The notes beneath the pieces are model-generated. The model searched no databases. It had not been told where the DNA came from and saw only the letters and a list, made by a program, of their open reading frames with translations. A DNA stretch of 61,131 nucleotides, counting the filler, from Sphacelaria rigidula (taxonomy: Eukaryota), in assembly GCA_964200075.2 (NCBI GenBank). It is 4 parts of 4 records of this genome, joined end to end, with 100 filler letters (N's around TTAATTAATTAA, not from the genome) between each part and the next. Parts side by side here need not be neighbours in the genome. Positions count along the whole stretch, not along the records: positions 1 to 15,209 come from CAXNAA020001860.1; 3 more parts are not named here. One strand, 5' to 3'. The number at the start of each line of letters is the position of its first letter. The first letter of the stretch is position 1. Shown here piece after piece: positions 1-11,710 of this stretch. Position numbers and translations under genes: made by a program.

Positions 1-300
1 AGCAAGATGCTGATGTTGGGATTGCGTCCAGTAAAGGAGGATTGCACGGCGGTGCAATTGCAGGTCGGATTCGCGTTTCCAAGACGCTCTCCGAAGACCG
101 TGCCAGTGTGTCTTATACATAACAGCGATCTTGCCTCCTCGACCACGGGTGATTTGGTGGCCGGAAATGGAGGACACAGCCAACCGACGGGGCTGTTCCG
201 TCACGTCGTCGGTTGTAACGTGATAGGGCGGGGACTTGGTCGAGTAGCTGTTGAGAACATACTGTGTGAGTCCGGCAGGTAGATACTTGGGCATGCCACT
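1..300 (-). pseudogene. Integrase C-terminal chromodomain-like region of the Gypsy pol
   Basis: Hand translation antisense to ORF 7..282 gives YLPAGLTQYVLNSYSTKSPPYHVTTDDV...ISGHQITRGRGGKIAVMYKTHWHGLRRASWKRESDL, a chromo-like I-x-x-H...Y-x-x-x-W-x-G...SW pattern. It runs off the contig. Confidence 0.75.
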
Positions 301-439
301 TGTATCATGCGGGTTCGTGCAGGGTTGGCATCTGTGCACGGAGACGTGGGGCTTAATGTCTTTGCCCTAGAAGTCGCGAGGCAACTTGAGATAGAGCAGT
401 TTGTCACCAACGGGTTTTTCATCTGATGATGATGATGAT

Positions 440-1110
440 GGTCCGACTGTCAGGATCTGGAATGGTCCTGTCCAATTGAGGGACACGTTTGTCCTCAAAA
501 CTGTTTCGTTGGCTGCCTTACTGGTGCCTTGGCGGATGGTCGACAAACTGTTGTAGATCCAAACCTAATCACCAACTTTCCAGTTAGGGCGTTTGTGCCT
601 TAGGTTGTAGAGAGCAGTGTTAGATCTCTCTAGGCGCGAGGCGTTGATAGCGTGTTGTTCGCGCACGAGGGTGAACGCTTTGCGTTGTCGTGCATGCGTT
701 AGCTTGTTGTAGGATATCTGATCCTGATCAAATCCTTGGTGTCGGTCGAACATGTGGCGCTCAAACACGGTGATGGGCAGCCGAGGGTAACGTCCAAGAT
801 GGAGTTCATTCGTAGAAAGGCCTGTGGCGGCATTAACCGAGTTGTTGTAAAACAACATGATGTGCGAGAGATGTTGGTCCCAGTCATTTTGGCGGTCATT
901 GACAACTATACAGAGCATCTGGGCCATGGTGTGATTAACTCTTTCGGTACTATCGTTACCGTTCGGGTGGTAAGCGCTCGTGAAGCGTTCCAAGAGCGCG
1001 AGGGTGCGGGTGACGCCAAGGTGGCATGACAAGTCTGTGTGGCAGCCTTTCATGACCCAGGGGCGCATTAATAATGGCACATATATGTGCGTTGGTTCGT
1101 CATTGAGTAG
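440..1110 (-). pseudogene. Gypsy integrase, internally deleted
   Basis: GCHTDLSCHLGVTRTLALLERF (HH half of HHCC) is joined directly to TSAYHPNGNDSTERVNHTMAQML...DWDQHL...YNNSVNAATG. The LNWTGPFQIL (GPF) motif lies at ~450-480. Confidence 0.88.
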
Positions 1111-1972
1111 TCGTGCGGTGCACCCCGTGGTTGAGGCGGCAATTGTGCCTGTCAAGGGCGTGGGCCGACGTACGAGTAGTTGCACGCCTTCATCCGTAGT
1201 AAAAAGGATGCCTTTACGCACTAGCTCGTATACGTCAGAAATAACTGGTGGTGGCAGTGTCCCAACCAGGGCCAGAAGTATAGACGGAAAAGGGACTGGA
1301 CAGCCAAGTTGTAAGTACCGGATGGCTGCGCGACATAGCGGTTCTGCGTGTTGTTCACAAGCCCAATCGCGGTGGAGGTAGCTGGTGAGAAACTCGCGTA
1401 GTTGACCTTCCGCTGGCGAGCCGACCAAACATGGTAGGACAGGCAGCGGGGGAATAGGCGACGGGGCAGAAATGCCGACGTCAATATCTGTTCCGGGAGC
1501 AGGGGACGAATCGTCAGTTCCGTGCTCGGGGGCAAAAGGTGGTTGCGGCGCCGTTATTGACGGCGGGGTTGTATCAGTGCGCGGCGAAAGTTGTCTGCGG
1601 CGCGTGGCGCACGGTGCAGAAGGTTTCGCGAAGCTTTGCGTGTTGATCCGCGGAACTTGTGCTGGGTGGCTCATAGAGGTTGCAGGTGTTGTCGGTGGCG
1701 GCGAGGCACTCGGTGTGGTGCGGGCGGCAGACCGGGAGCGCGTGTTGCCGGAGATAAGGTGGGTGACTGGGGGTGTCTCCGCGAAGAGTTTCGCGCGAGT
1801 ACCGAAAGTGCGAAAATCGACAAAATCGGAGGTAATGGGCTTTAACCCACCCAAGACGGCGTCATATGGTAGAAGGCGAGGTCCTCCCATATGCATACCG
1901 GTTTCCGGGCTCTGAAGGTCGAGGGCGTAAACGGGCGTTGAAAAACGTCTAATCACGTAAATTACGGGTTCA

Positions 1973-3330
1973 TCAGGTTCCGTTAAACGGCAAGCCGGGC
2001 TGGAATCTGCGGCCGTAGGCGGCAGAGGTAAGCGGGAAAGAAGATCCGCGTTTCCGTTGGCCTGGACGGTGCTTAACGGTATACTGGTACGCTGTTAGCA
2101 ACTCCAACCATCGTTGTACACGAGGGTTGTGTTCACCAACATTGGCGAGTTGTTCAAGTGCTCCGTGATCCGTATAGATCTCGAAGGGCACGTGAAACAG
2201 ATATTGTCGAAGGCGCTTAATGGCCCAAGTGATTACTCCGCCTTCCAGTTCTAGCGGGCTCCCAATTGGCCTCGTTGGGCAGAGTAGCGCGGTTGATGTA
2301 AAGGATGGCTCGGACAGAGCCATCAACCTGAGGTTGATTCCAAACTCCTCCAAAGCCATTTTTGCTGGCGTCAGTATGGAGTTGGAAAAGGCGGGAGCCA
2401 TCCTGTACTGCCTCCCAATAAGGAAAACAAAGTACGGGCTTTTCGGTAAGCGTCTTGAGTAATTCGCGGGTGATATTCTCCATTTCGGTGGTGAAAGAAA
2501 ACACGGCTCCTTTCTTGAGTAGTTTAGTAAGGGGGCGAATTCGTTTCGATAAATTCGGCAACAAATTGCGGTAGTAGGATAGCCCACACAACAATGAGCG
2601 AGGTCGAGAAATGTTAGTTGGCATCGGCAAATCAGTCATCGCCTTGACTTTGTTTGTATCTGGAAGCAGGCCTGCTGGCGAAATGGAATGTCCCAAGAAA
2701 TCCAAGTCAGTCGCGCCAAGGCGAGCGTTGGATGGAGACAATTTCAAATCGTGCGTGCGTAGGCGAGAGAGAAATTCTCTTAGAGTGCGTATATGTGTAA
2801 TAGGTGAGGCATCGAAAGCGATAGCGTCATCCAAGTACATGATGATGTGCTCGAGGCCGTCGGTGACGCGTTGCATTAAGCGTTGAAAGCATCCCAGGGC
2901 AGTGGCGGCGCCTTGTGGCATTCGAAGCCACTCATAAAGTCCGGACGAGGTACACAAAGCCGTCAGTGGGGCTGTGACAGGGTGTATAGCATTCTGAAAA
3001 AATCCAGAAGCGAGGTCGAAGGTGCTGAATATTTTTCCTTCGCCCAAGGAGTCGAAGACTTCATCAATGCGGGGAATTGGAAGATTACCGACTATGATGA
3101 CGCGGTTCAACCGTTGATATTTCACGGTTATGCGTATGTTTCCATCCTTTTGGGGGACGACCACAAGTGGCGAGGCCCAAGGAGAGGAGGAATGGTGTAT
3201 TAGTCCCGCTCCCAAATACGCATCCAAGATGGCATTAACTTTCTTGGTTAGGATTGGGTGGTACGATATGGCCGAGAAGAAATCGGCGAGACACCGGGTT
3301 GGAGGGCAACCTCAAAGGGCGGTGTTTTGC
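1973..3330 (-). pseudogene. Gypsy reverse transcriptase + RNase H (frameshifted)
   Basis: SSSPWASPLVVVPQKDG, LPIPRIDEVFDSL, FSTFDLASGFFQ, LYEWLRMPQG, MYLDDAI, FLGHSIS, LHTDASKNGFGG. A second frame gives LELEGGVITWAIKRLRQYLF...YTDHGAL...RVQRWLELL. Confidence 0.95.
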
Positions 3331-3863
3331 AATGCCCAAGATCCGTCTTGGATCGGGAAAATCGATCTTGGTACTGTAGCCGGATATCACTGAGTTCTTG
3401 GATGACTGCCGGTTCCCAGCCGGGCCCATGAAGGTCAAAATTGATGTCGCGCATGTGTGGCGGCAGTTGGTTCCAAAATGTGCAAGAAACTATTCCGAGA
3501 ATCTGGTGATAGGCGTTGAAGCACTTCAGCAGGAGGATCGGAATTTGACTGTGCAGGATCCACGGTGTGGACCTGGGGTGGAGTCGCGGAGGCGAGGTCG
3601 AAGTAGGGTTCATCGACACAATGGACTGACTCCGCCGGAGATGTAGCGTTTGGCGCGGCAGGCTCTGTGACGCACGTCTCGAGTGGGATGTGCGTCATGG
3701 GAGGAGCGGTGATTCCTAAAACATCACAGGGTTCCAAGTGAGCATGGCCCGTAAGAGGGAAGAGTTGTTGTCCCGCTGACGCAAAATGTTCTGTGTCGGC
3801 TGGTGCACCAATACGGGGCAACATTTCGGCAAGATAATGGCCCATAAGTGCTGGCATGCCATT

Positions 3864-4400
3864 TCAGCGAACGAGTGCAACTTCAAGAAGTTTGGGGTCG
3901 TCGGAGAGTGTAATACCCACACTACCGTTATATCGTAGGTGGTAAGCAGCTCCGGTCGCTTGAGGATTCTTCTGATAAGCCAGGGCGCCGTGGAGAGTAC
4001 CGAAGTGCTCGAGGTTGAATTCTCCACGAGGCGTGGAAGGTGGCGTTAGTGGTGGAAGCGTGCGGTATGTTCGTTTATTAAACCGCATATATCTATCTCT
4101 GCCCAATAATATGGCGTGGTGCATTGTGCTGTCGGGGACAATGTATGCCCAGACTACCAGGCTAGCAGATCGAGTGGTGTTGTGAAATAATTGCACGCTG
4201 AGACGTAAGGATTTTCGTGTCGTCAGTGGCGCAGCAGAATCACCGAAACCGCCTCACACGCGAGGTTTGGTGGTGGTTTCACAAGCCGCAGTAGCAGCGC
4301 CAGTCTGTTTCACGTGTTTCCATGTTGATTCTCGAATAAATGTTTGCGGGCTACCGCTGTCCAACAAGGATACGCATTTCGTAGGCGTGATGGCGTTTGG
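3864..4400 (-). pseudogene. Retroviral-type aspartic protease
   Basis: CVSLLDSGSPQTFI catalytic motif (~4335-4380) and downstream ILLGRD in ORF 3864..4196. Confidence 0.85.
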
Positions 4401-5626
4401 ACCGGCGTGGATCGCAACGCAAGTAGTAAAAGTGGCCGGATCTACAGACACTTTGCCGACGACAAGATCCGGACCGTGCTCCGGCAAGGTAAACTGGTCA
4501 GGATCAGCGGGGCTGACAGCAAAAACGCACGGCGGATGATCCGCCGGTGGGTCAGATGTCTCACCAGAGAAGGGGGTGGACGGTATATTATTTCCAGGTG
4601 TGGCACGGTCATTGGCGATTTCGTAAATTATCGTCTTTGGTTGACAAGGATCACCGTCAAAGGGGGATCCAGAATGTGCGGGGCTGGAGCCGTCGATTGA
4701 AGAAGTAGTCCCGTCAGAACCATGTGATTTTGTTTCTTCCGGGATACTTGATAGAGCCGTCGAGCTCAAACTCGTCGCATTTTGGAGAGATTGAGGTCGA
4801 GGATCTCCGCTCGAAAGAGGTGTACGTAATGATGCGCGCGCGTCCTTGGGGGCATGCTTACGGGGCTTTCTCTTTCGCCGTGACAAAGGTCGGGGAGCTT
4901 CCAAAACATTTGGGGATGAAACCACAACTGCGTCCAGTTGCGTGGATGGGGTCAGCATCGGGGCATGACGGAGCGAAACTTGTGGGCTGCTTTCCGTAGG
5001 CAAGTTTGGCTGTTGGGGCATAGCCGAAGACATGTTGGGGCGGTTGTGAGTAAAACCGGCCGAAGGCAGGTTCATGCGTTTTGAAAATCGCGAGGAAGGA
5101 GCCCGATTGAACTGATGGGGAATTACATGATCCGATGTCGTCAGGTTCAAATTAGCAACGCTTGGGTCAGCTGAAAAAGGCTTGCTGCTACCTGTGCGTG
5201 CGGTCGTTGAGGGAAGCCTTTGCCTCAGGGTCTGGCGGTTGGTCTTCCCACACCCCAGACTAATACTCGGTACTGAAGGACCAAGTTCAGTGCCGGGTGT
5301 AGGTCTGAGTCGCGGGGTGACACAACTGTTACGCGGTGTGTGGAGGGGTGAAGACGGGGGTCGATATGAACGGCCGTCAGTTGCACTCCTGCATTGTGCC
5401 GGGAGAGCCGGGCGGACAACCTTAGTCGCGGGCTCTGCGGGCTGTGTTGAAAAATTGTGTGGAGGTTCGAGACGGGGGTCGATATGAACGGCCGTCAGTT
5501 ACGCTCCTGGAAAGTGCCGGGAGAGTCGAGTGAGCAATTTTACACGGTCTCCGTGGGCTGTGTTGAAAAAGTCTTCGCTCGTGCTATCGACTACGTGGAA
5601 GACCGAAGAACGCCGGCGTCGGCACG

Positions 5627-7182
5627 TCATGGATCTAGGCGATCCGTAGTGAAGGTACCAGGGTTTCTGGTGTTGGGATTAGAGCTTTGTGTCGGTCCCG
5701 CCCGCTGGTGTCTATCAGCGGGACATTTGTTGTCGCGAGAATTTTGATCGTTCTGGCGAGGGCTTCCGTGATTGTTGTTGTGTCGGCGACCGCGATTAGA
5801 GTTTTTGTTGCCACGTTGGTTCGAATTGTTGCGGTAATTTCGAGTTGATGGACGATAGTCGCGCATACGTTTTTGCCATCGGCGCCACGCGGGTTCATTG
5901 CCCTGCAATTCAGGGTTCATGATATCAAAGGCATTGATGTATGGACTGTCACAGTCGCGCATGCTGTGGCCTTGAACACTACAGTTGATGCAACTGTTGG
6001 CATGAATGCTGAAGGCATTGGGTCTAGCGGAAGACGAAGGAAGTGGGTTCCACAAATGGGGGTCATCGGTTATGAATGCCGTTGTTGAAGTCAGATAAAC
6101 GTCATCCCAAGTTTCCTCGGAAAATGGCCAACCGTCAAAATCGCGCTAAATGCATCTCTGGTACTCTGAACATGCATAACTGAACCGGCGATCGAGTCGA
6201 GGATCCATGAAGCGCGAGACGAGCTCAAATTCCTGCCACGAGCCCCTTGGGCATGAGCGGAGGACACAACCGTAGGTTGTGAACGCACAGACGTTGAAGG
6301 TTTGCCACGTAGGGCAGGCGTTAGATTACCCTCTTGGTGTACAAAAGCAGACCACATAGTATAAACGAAGGCGTAAGGGACCCCGTGATGCGCCGAACCA
6401 CCCGAAAACAACGACGGCATCAGAGCCGGATACTGTTGAGCAATGCTATGGCGTACGTAAGTCTGACACATTGCGTCACTCGGTCCGTTCTGACGTCCGA
6501 CTCCCCGACTCCCGTCGTACCCGAAGCCAAAAGCTTAAATTCACGGAGATAATCCGCGAAGGGGACATCAGATACGACGACAAAAGAACTCAGCCTCTGG
6601 ATGGCGCCGGCTTGGTCGCTTTTGTCAAAGTAGCATCTGAGACGCCTTTCCAAATCAGAGAGCAACATCGGACCTGTCTTCCCGTGGGAACGATCCGCAT
6701 CCATCTCCGCGAGGAATCCGTCGAGAACCTGCGTTAAAGAAGCAGCGAGGTCGGGAGAACGGCGGCTGATCGATCGATGCATTGCGTTGTGCAAGGGAGT
6801 CTACCAGCCCTCTACCCAGTCGGAATCTTCGAAACGTTGTGTGCCAGGGACATCCGTCAAGAGAAGGATGTTACAAACAGTACGGCGGATGGACGTGATA
6901 AGGGCAGAAGTAAGCTGGCCCGATTTTTTTTTCCGCGGCAGGCATGGTTTTGACGTGCCAGAACTTTTTCATATCCATCTGAATATACTGTCTCTGTATT
7001 GCAGCTACTCGGGTGGACTCAGCTCTATCGGAAGCTGCTTTTTTGCTAGCTTCCGAGCGTTCTTTGTCAGCCGCAGCCATCGCTAAGGCGCGGGCTGCAG
7101 TAGAAGACCAAGGACGGTCAGGTGTATCCGTGTCGGACAAACCTAAAAGGCGGGCCGAAACATCAGCCAACTTAGGAACCAC
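5627..7182 (-). pseudogene. Gag (capsid-like region + CCHC zinc knuckle)
   Basis: CINCSVQGHSMRDC = CX2CX4HX4C (~5950-5995), a helical region with DVPFADYLREFKLL, and an R/N-rich nucleocapsid tail. Confidence 0.8.
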
Positions 7183-10011
7183 TTGCCTGGGGGTCTTCGA
7201 GCCCGAGGCGGGAAGATCTGCACCGGACCGGTTCCAGGACGATGCGGATGATCCGGACGAGTTACCTCCGGTGTTCTTGCCTTTCGGCTTGCGAGGCGGG
7301 CGGTTTGGTCCGGAACCGCCGAAGAGGATCCTCCACCGCCATGGCGGCGGCGTGAATTCCCTCCATCGTTATCATCGTCGTCGCGCCGATGATTTTTCTT
7401 CTGTCCCCGGAAGGTGGATGTTGCGGGAGTCCACCTATCTTCATCTTCGTCGCCGTCGATGGTAGCGCCGGGATGAGAGCCAGAAGCGGCGCGTAGCGCC
7501 GCAAAAAGATCGGTGACAGTGCCAACATGACGCTGGATATGCGGGCTATTGCCGCTAGTCGCGTGAAGGACCAGTTGGCCCAAGGTGATCGCCGACACAC
7601 CTTCGTCCGGGAAGAAGCCGCCCTGGTCCACGTAATCACCAATGACGGCTAATATGCGTTGGGAAATGTTGTTCCAAGCATGGCGGGAGCAGTTGAGGTG
7701 GTTGCGTCGCTGGAAGGGGCCGGTATAGTCGGCCGTAGACCGAGAAAGCCACACTCGTTCGTGTGGGGCAAGTTGCAAGTTTTGCGAAGAAACTGCGTGC
7801 GGCACCGAGCTAACTCCTTGAGGTGGTGGTGTCGGAGGCGTCGTGGCGGCGGCAGCGGTCGCAGCAGACGACACCCTGCTGGACTTGCGAGGAATTACAT
7901 ACGTCGCTCTGTTGGGCGCTGACAGGTGGGGCCTGAGTAAGTGGTCGGTGGAAGGCGGGGCGGCTTGATGATCAGTTAGGCGGGTCGCCGACGAGGCCGC
8001 TACTTGGGCGGTCCGCTGAACGTGATATTCGAGCTGGCGGACCCGTCTTTGAGCCGCCATAGCCACAGTACGGCCTTCCTCGAGCGCCCGTTGGGCCGCC
8101 ACGCTCGTGGATTGGGCAAGGGAGGCCTGCCGCTGGAGGTCCTTGAGTGTATCCGCGTGGTCCTCCAGAAGGAGGCGGGCAGCGGCGGCGTCAGCGTCGC
8201 GTTGTTTCCGAGGATATCCTGCGTCAGCGCAGGTTCCTGCGATGCATAGTCATCTATCAATTGTTGCTGTTCCGCGCGGGGCCTGTTGGTGAACAGGCGT
8301 AAGAGCAGGCCGGTTGGGCAGTGCTCGTCGCCAAGCGGTGGGAGATCTAAGATGGGGGAGGGCGCACAGGGGCCGTTGTGGAACCGCTATCGGCATCTGT
8401 GTCGATAGCAGATGGAGCGGCGGCGGTTCTATGAGCCGGTGCAGGTGCGGCCGAAGGCGCAGCAATCACGGTAGCAGCAGCAGTAGCTGCGGGAGCGCGA
8501 ATGGGCTTGCTGGCAGTAGCGGCGGCGGTAGCGGATGATGAGGAGTCCATCGTAGAAAGTTGGCGCTCAAGTTTTGTCAAGCGTTGTTGGAGAGAACGGA
8601 TAAGCGCAGCATCGGAACGGGACGGTGGTTTGCGGTCAGTGCGTGGTCGTCGGTTGTGCGATGAGGTGCGGCCGGATCCCTCAATTGAGGATTCCGGAGC
8701 CGGTGACATGTCCAAAAATATGTTTTGGATACCATCAGCATGCACACTGTTATCATTGCGTACATGACGGCTATGTGACGAATGCTGAGCAGTAGAGATG
8801 CGCGAGGGTGCATGATCGGGGTTTTTCGAGCGCGAGTTAACGCACGAAGAATTTGATCTGTGCCGCAAGGCATCTTCGTGAGTACGTTCATGGTTGGCAT
8901 TCACCGGACTCTTTTGAGCGCGAGATGAATTGGAACTATGGCGTGAACTACCGTCATATTTGTGACCATGAGCGATCTTCCTCGGGCGTGTGGAAGCGCG
9001 CGATGAGTTCAAGCTTTGCTGGGAGTTGCCCTTAGAACTGCCAGAACGGGAGGCATGGTCATGACCAAGTCTCGGTGTGCGGCGCCGGTCAGAAGCGCGA
9101 GTAAGGCTCTGCTGCGACGTTGAGGAAGGGCTGGTCTCATGTTCGTTGAATGTATCATGAGTGACAAACGGAGGGCGCGAGGTCGCCGAACGGGACGCCA
9201 GACGTACGGATTTGGGCGTGGCAGGTGCAGAATCATCATTGAATTGCACATGAGCAGACGCCGATTGATCTTGGAGCGTTGCGTGGCAAAAGGCCGTAAG
9301 TGCCTCGATGAGGGCTGGCGCTGGCGATGGCGACGACGCCGAGGAGGTGTGATGCAGAGCTTGCATGGCAGCATGCAAGGCCGCAACTGCCTGTCCGACA
9401 TTGGATTGTGCAGTAGGGCGCATGGGACTATCGAGAGTCGTGCGAAGGGGTTCCGTAACGGAAGCAACCCGTGTGACAAAGTCTCTTGCTCCAGAAGCGA
9501 TGCGCTTCGTCGGGACAGAATCGTCTCGAGAGTTGGCAGCCGTCAAGCGACGGGGTGTCACGGTTGGAGCAACCGATACAGGGCCAAGCTGGACACGTGT
9601 GTCCAGGGGCAACGACTCGATCGAGGGCACAATCCTAACTCCGGATTCCACATTGGGATTCGGGAGAGCAGGGGCCAGCGAGGGGTGTGCGACGGAATCC
9701 ACCGTTATGGGCTCACTGACATGCCCGCCAGGAACCAATGACTCGGCCGGTTGCACTATCATGTTCTCTGAGTCCGGGTCGGAACGTGAGAGAACAGTTC
9801 TCGGCGTCAAAGTCTCGTCTTCAAGCCTTGAAGAACGAGCTTTGCTCGAGAGTTGGTCTTCAGATCCCGAAGATCGAACAGCGCTCGCATACGTGAGGGC
9901 GATGCGTTGAAGGTGACGTGCCAATCTTCTTAAAAGATTGCGAGCCGCCAGTAGTTTGACGCCGGGTCCGGCGAAGCGATTGGTGTCCCAATTGAGGGGA
10001 AGAGCTAGCAT
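7143..10011 (-). CDS. Long S/P/R/A-rich ORF(s) upstream of gag (554 aa + 319 aa frames), probably an extended Gag N-terminus or extra ORF of the retrotransposon
   Basis: Uninterrupted 554-aa ORF 8347..10011 and 319-aa ORF 7143..8102 on the same strand as gag-pol, with no introns and short coiled coils (LIRSLQQRLTKLERQL; AAQRRVRQLEYHVQR). Confidence 0.55.
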
Positions 10012-11682
10012 TATTTCTGTGCGACATGATAATCGTACGCAGCCTTTGTGCTTAAAAATGAAGGTGTAGTGCGTCTGATCTGCGGGCTCTAATCAAAGGA
10101 GCTTGACACCAAGAGATGCTACGTGCAAAATCTGAAGCTTGTATCCGGAAATACTGGATAGTGAAGCCTAATAGCGCCTGAGGGGACCGTGGGACCTGAT
10201 TTACTTGAGTAATTTGTTCAAGCAAATTGCTGTTTGTAAGAACTATGTCCAGGGGCTGATTAATACAACTTTATTCAAGTTGTAGCGGTAATAGCTAGCA
10301 CGGGGTTGTGCACAGAACAGACGTATGCCGTCGAAGGCAAGCGAAGACCCGATTGTCTGTAGCAGCGATGGTACGTGGAGGAACAACTTACACGTGTTCC
10401 GGGTGTAGCGTCACGGACAGACTGTAACTATATTATCCCAGCACAAGTTGAGGGACGGCTGGCTGTGTGCAAATGAAAAGAATTATATATATATATATAT
10501 GTTTTTTCGTCAGATGCACACGAACATTGTCCAGCGCAGGGCAGCACAAAAGCTTTTACAAAGCTTGGGTTGTAGACCGCGAAATCGGACTGCGTAGTGC
10601 AGAGCGAAGGCTTGTTATCCAACGGAGTTGAGGCAACGTATGTATGTGGAACAAAGGTGATGTGATGCACAACAGGGGCAACGCTGAGAGCGGGTGCCGA
10701 AAAATTGTTGTGCACAGGCAAGGGGCACCGGTTTCGAGTGCTGCCTGTTCAAATGAGCACGTGAAGTAGGTTCGAAATGTTTCAACGAGTATTATCGCAA
10801 CAAATTCGTCTGGGAATAATAAGTTTTGTTCGTTCGAGAGGAGGTCGAAGGAGAAAAAACTCATAGTACGTTGTGCTGTGTAGGGGTACTTACCACGGTG
10901 ATGTACCGCGTTGCCTTACGGTTGTGCGAAGTACAGAAGAGGACAACAACAACGAAGTAGCCACACGCAACGAAGCTAAAGCTACAACAACAACAAAGTA
11001 GCTACAAGCAATAGATAAAGTGCCGGAACGGGTCCAAATTTTGTGAGCAGATGTCCGTTATCCCGATGTGGGAGCCCAGGGTGTACTTGTTCAGTAATTT
11101 CGTGAGGGCAAGATTCCACAGTCGCGTACAATCGATACTCAAAAGTAAGAGCAGCAGCGTGCTGACTTGGCAGGAGCTCAGGTCAGGGACAGCGGCTGGC
11201 TATTAACAACAGTGCGCCTTTGTGCACTGGTGTGTTGTACAAACCTGTAGTAAAAGACCTCTTTAGCAGAAGGAAAGGGGGGCAACAAGACCAAGTACAC
11301 GAGCCAACGATGGCTTGGCGCGTTGATCGTGCCTGACTGAATGGATCACCGAGAACTTCACCACGTGCAGTTGGAACTGATGCCGTGCAACCTTGTGCAG
11401 GCGATGTCCAAATTGACAGCACGGTGAAAGTAGCAAGCAGTGCGCGTTGACCCCACGTAGCACAATGTGCGCAGTCAAACAATACAGCAAGTTGCAAGTA
11501 GGAGGGCATGAATACTCTTTACCGAGGGACTACGGGGCAGAAGCTTTAGGAGCTGCTGACTATCGAAGCGGTAGATTCGACCAATAACTGTCCCGAAGGG
11601 AACGGAGAGGGGGCAAAATGATCAAAAAGCTGGGGCGACACAGCTGGGCAGCAGGAAGGAAACGCAAGAGCCAAAGAAGAAG

Positions 11683-11710
11683 CTCCTTAGTCAAACGCCA
11701 ATGTAATGAG
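11683..11710 (-). promoter_or_regulatory. Candidate 5' LTR 3' end and primer-binding site
   Basis: Minus strand reads ...CTCATTACA-T-TGGCGTTTGACTAAGGAG (CA end, 1 nt, TGG). No second LTR is available and no tRNA match was verified. Confidence 0.3.

Larger units (their letters stand above)
1..11700 (-). mobile_element. Decayed Ty3/Gypsy (chromovirus-type) LTR retrotransposon, 3' end truncated by contig edge
   Basis: Minus-strand domain order: long low-complexity ORF, Gag with CCHC knuckle, protease, RT, RNase H, integrase, GPF motif, chromodomain. It is broken by many frameshifts and stops. Confidence 0.93.

Noticed and set aside
980-9910. Numerous plus-strand ORFs over the retrotransposon
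   Set aside because: Antisense shadows of GC-rich gag-pol frames with no independent motifs.
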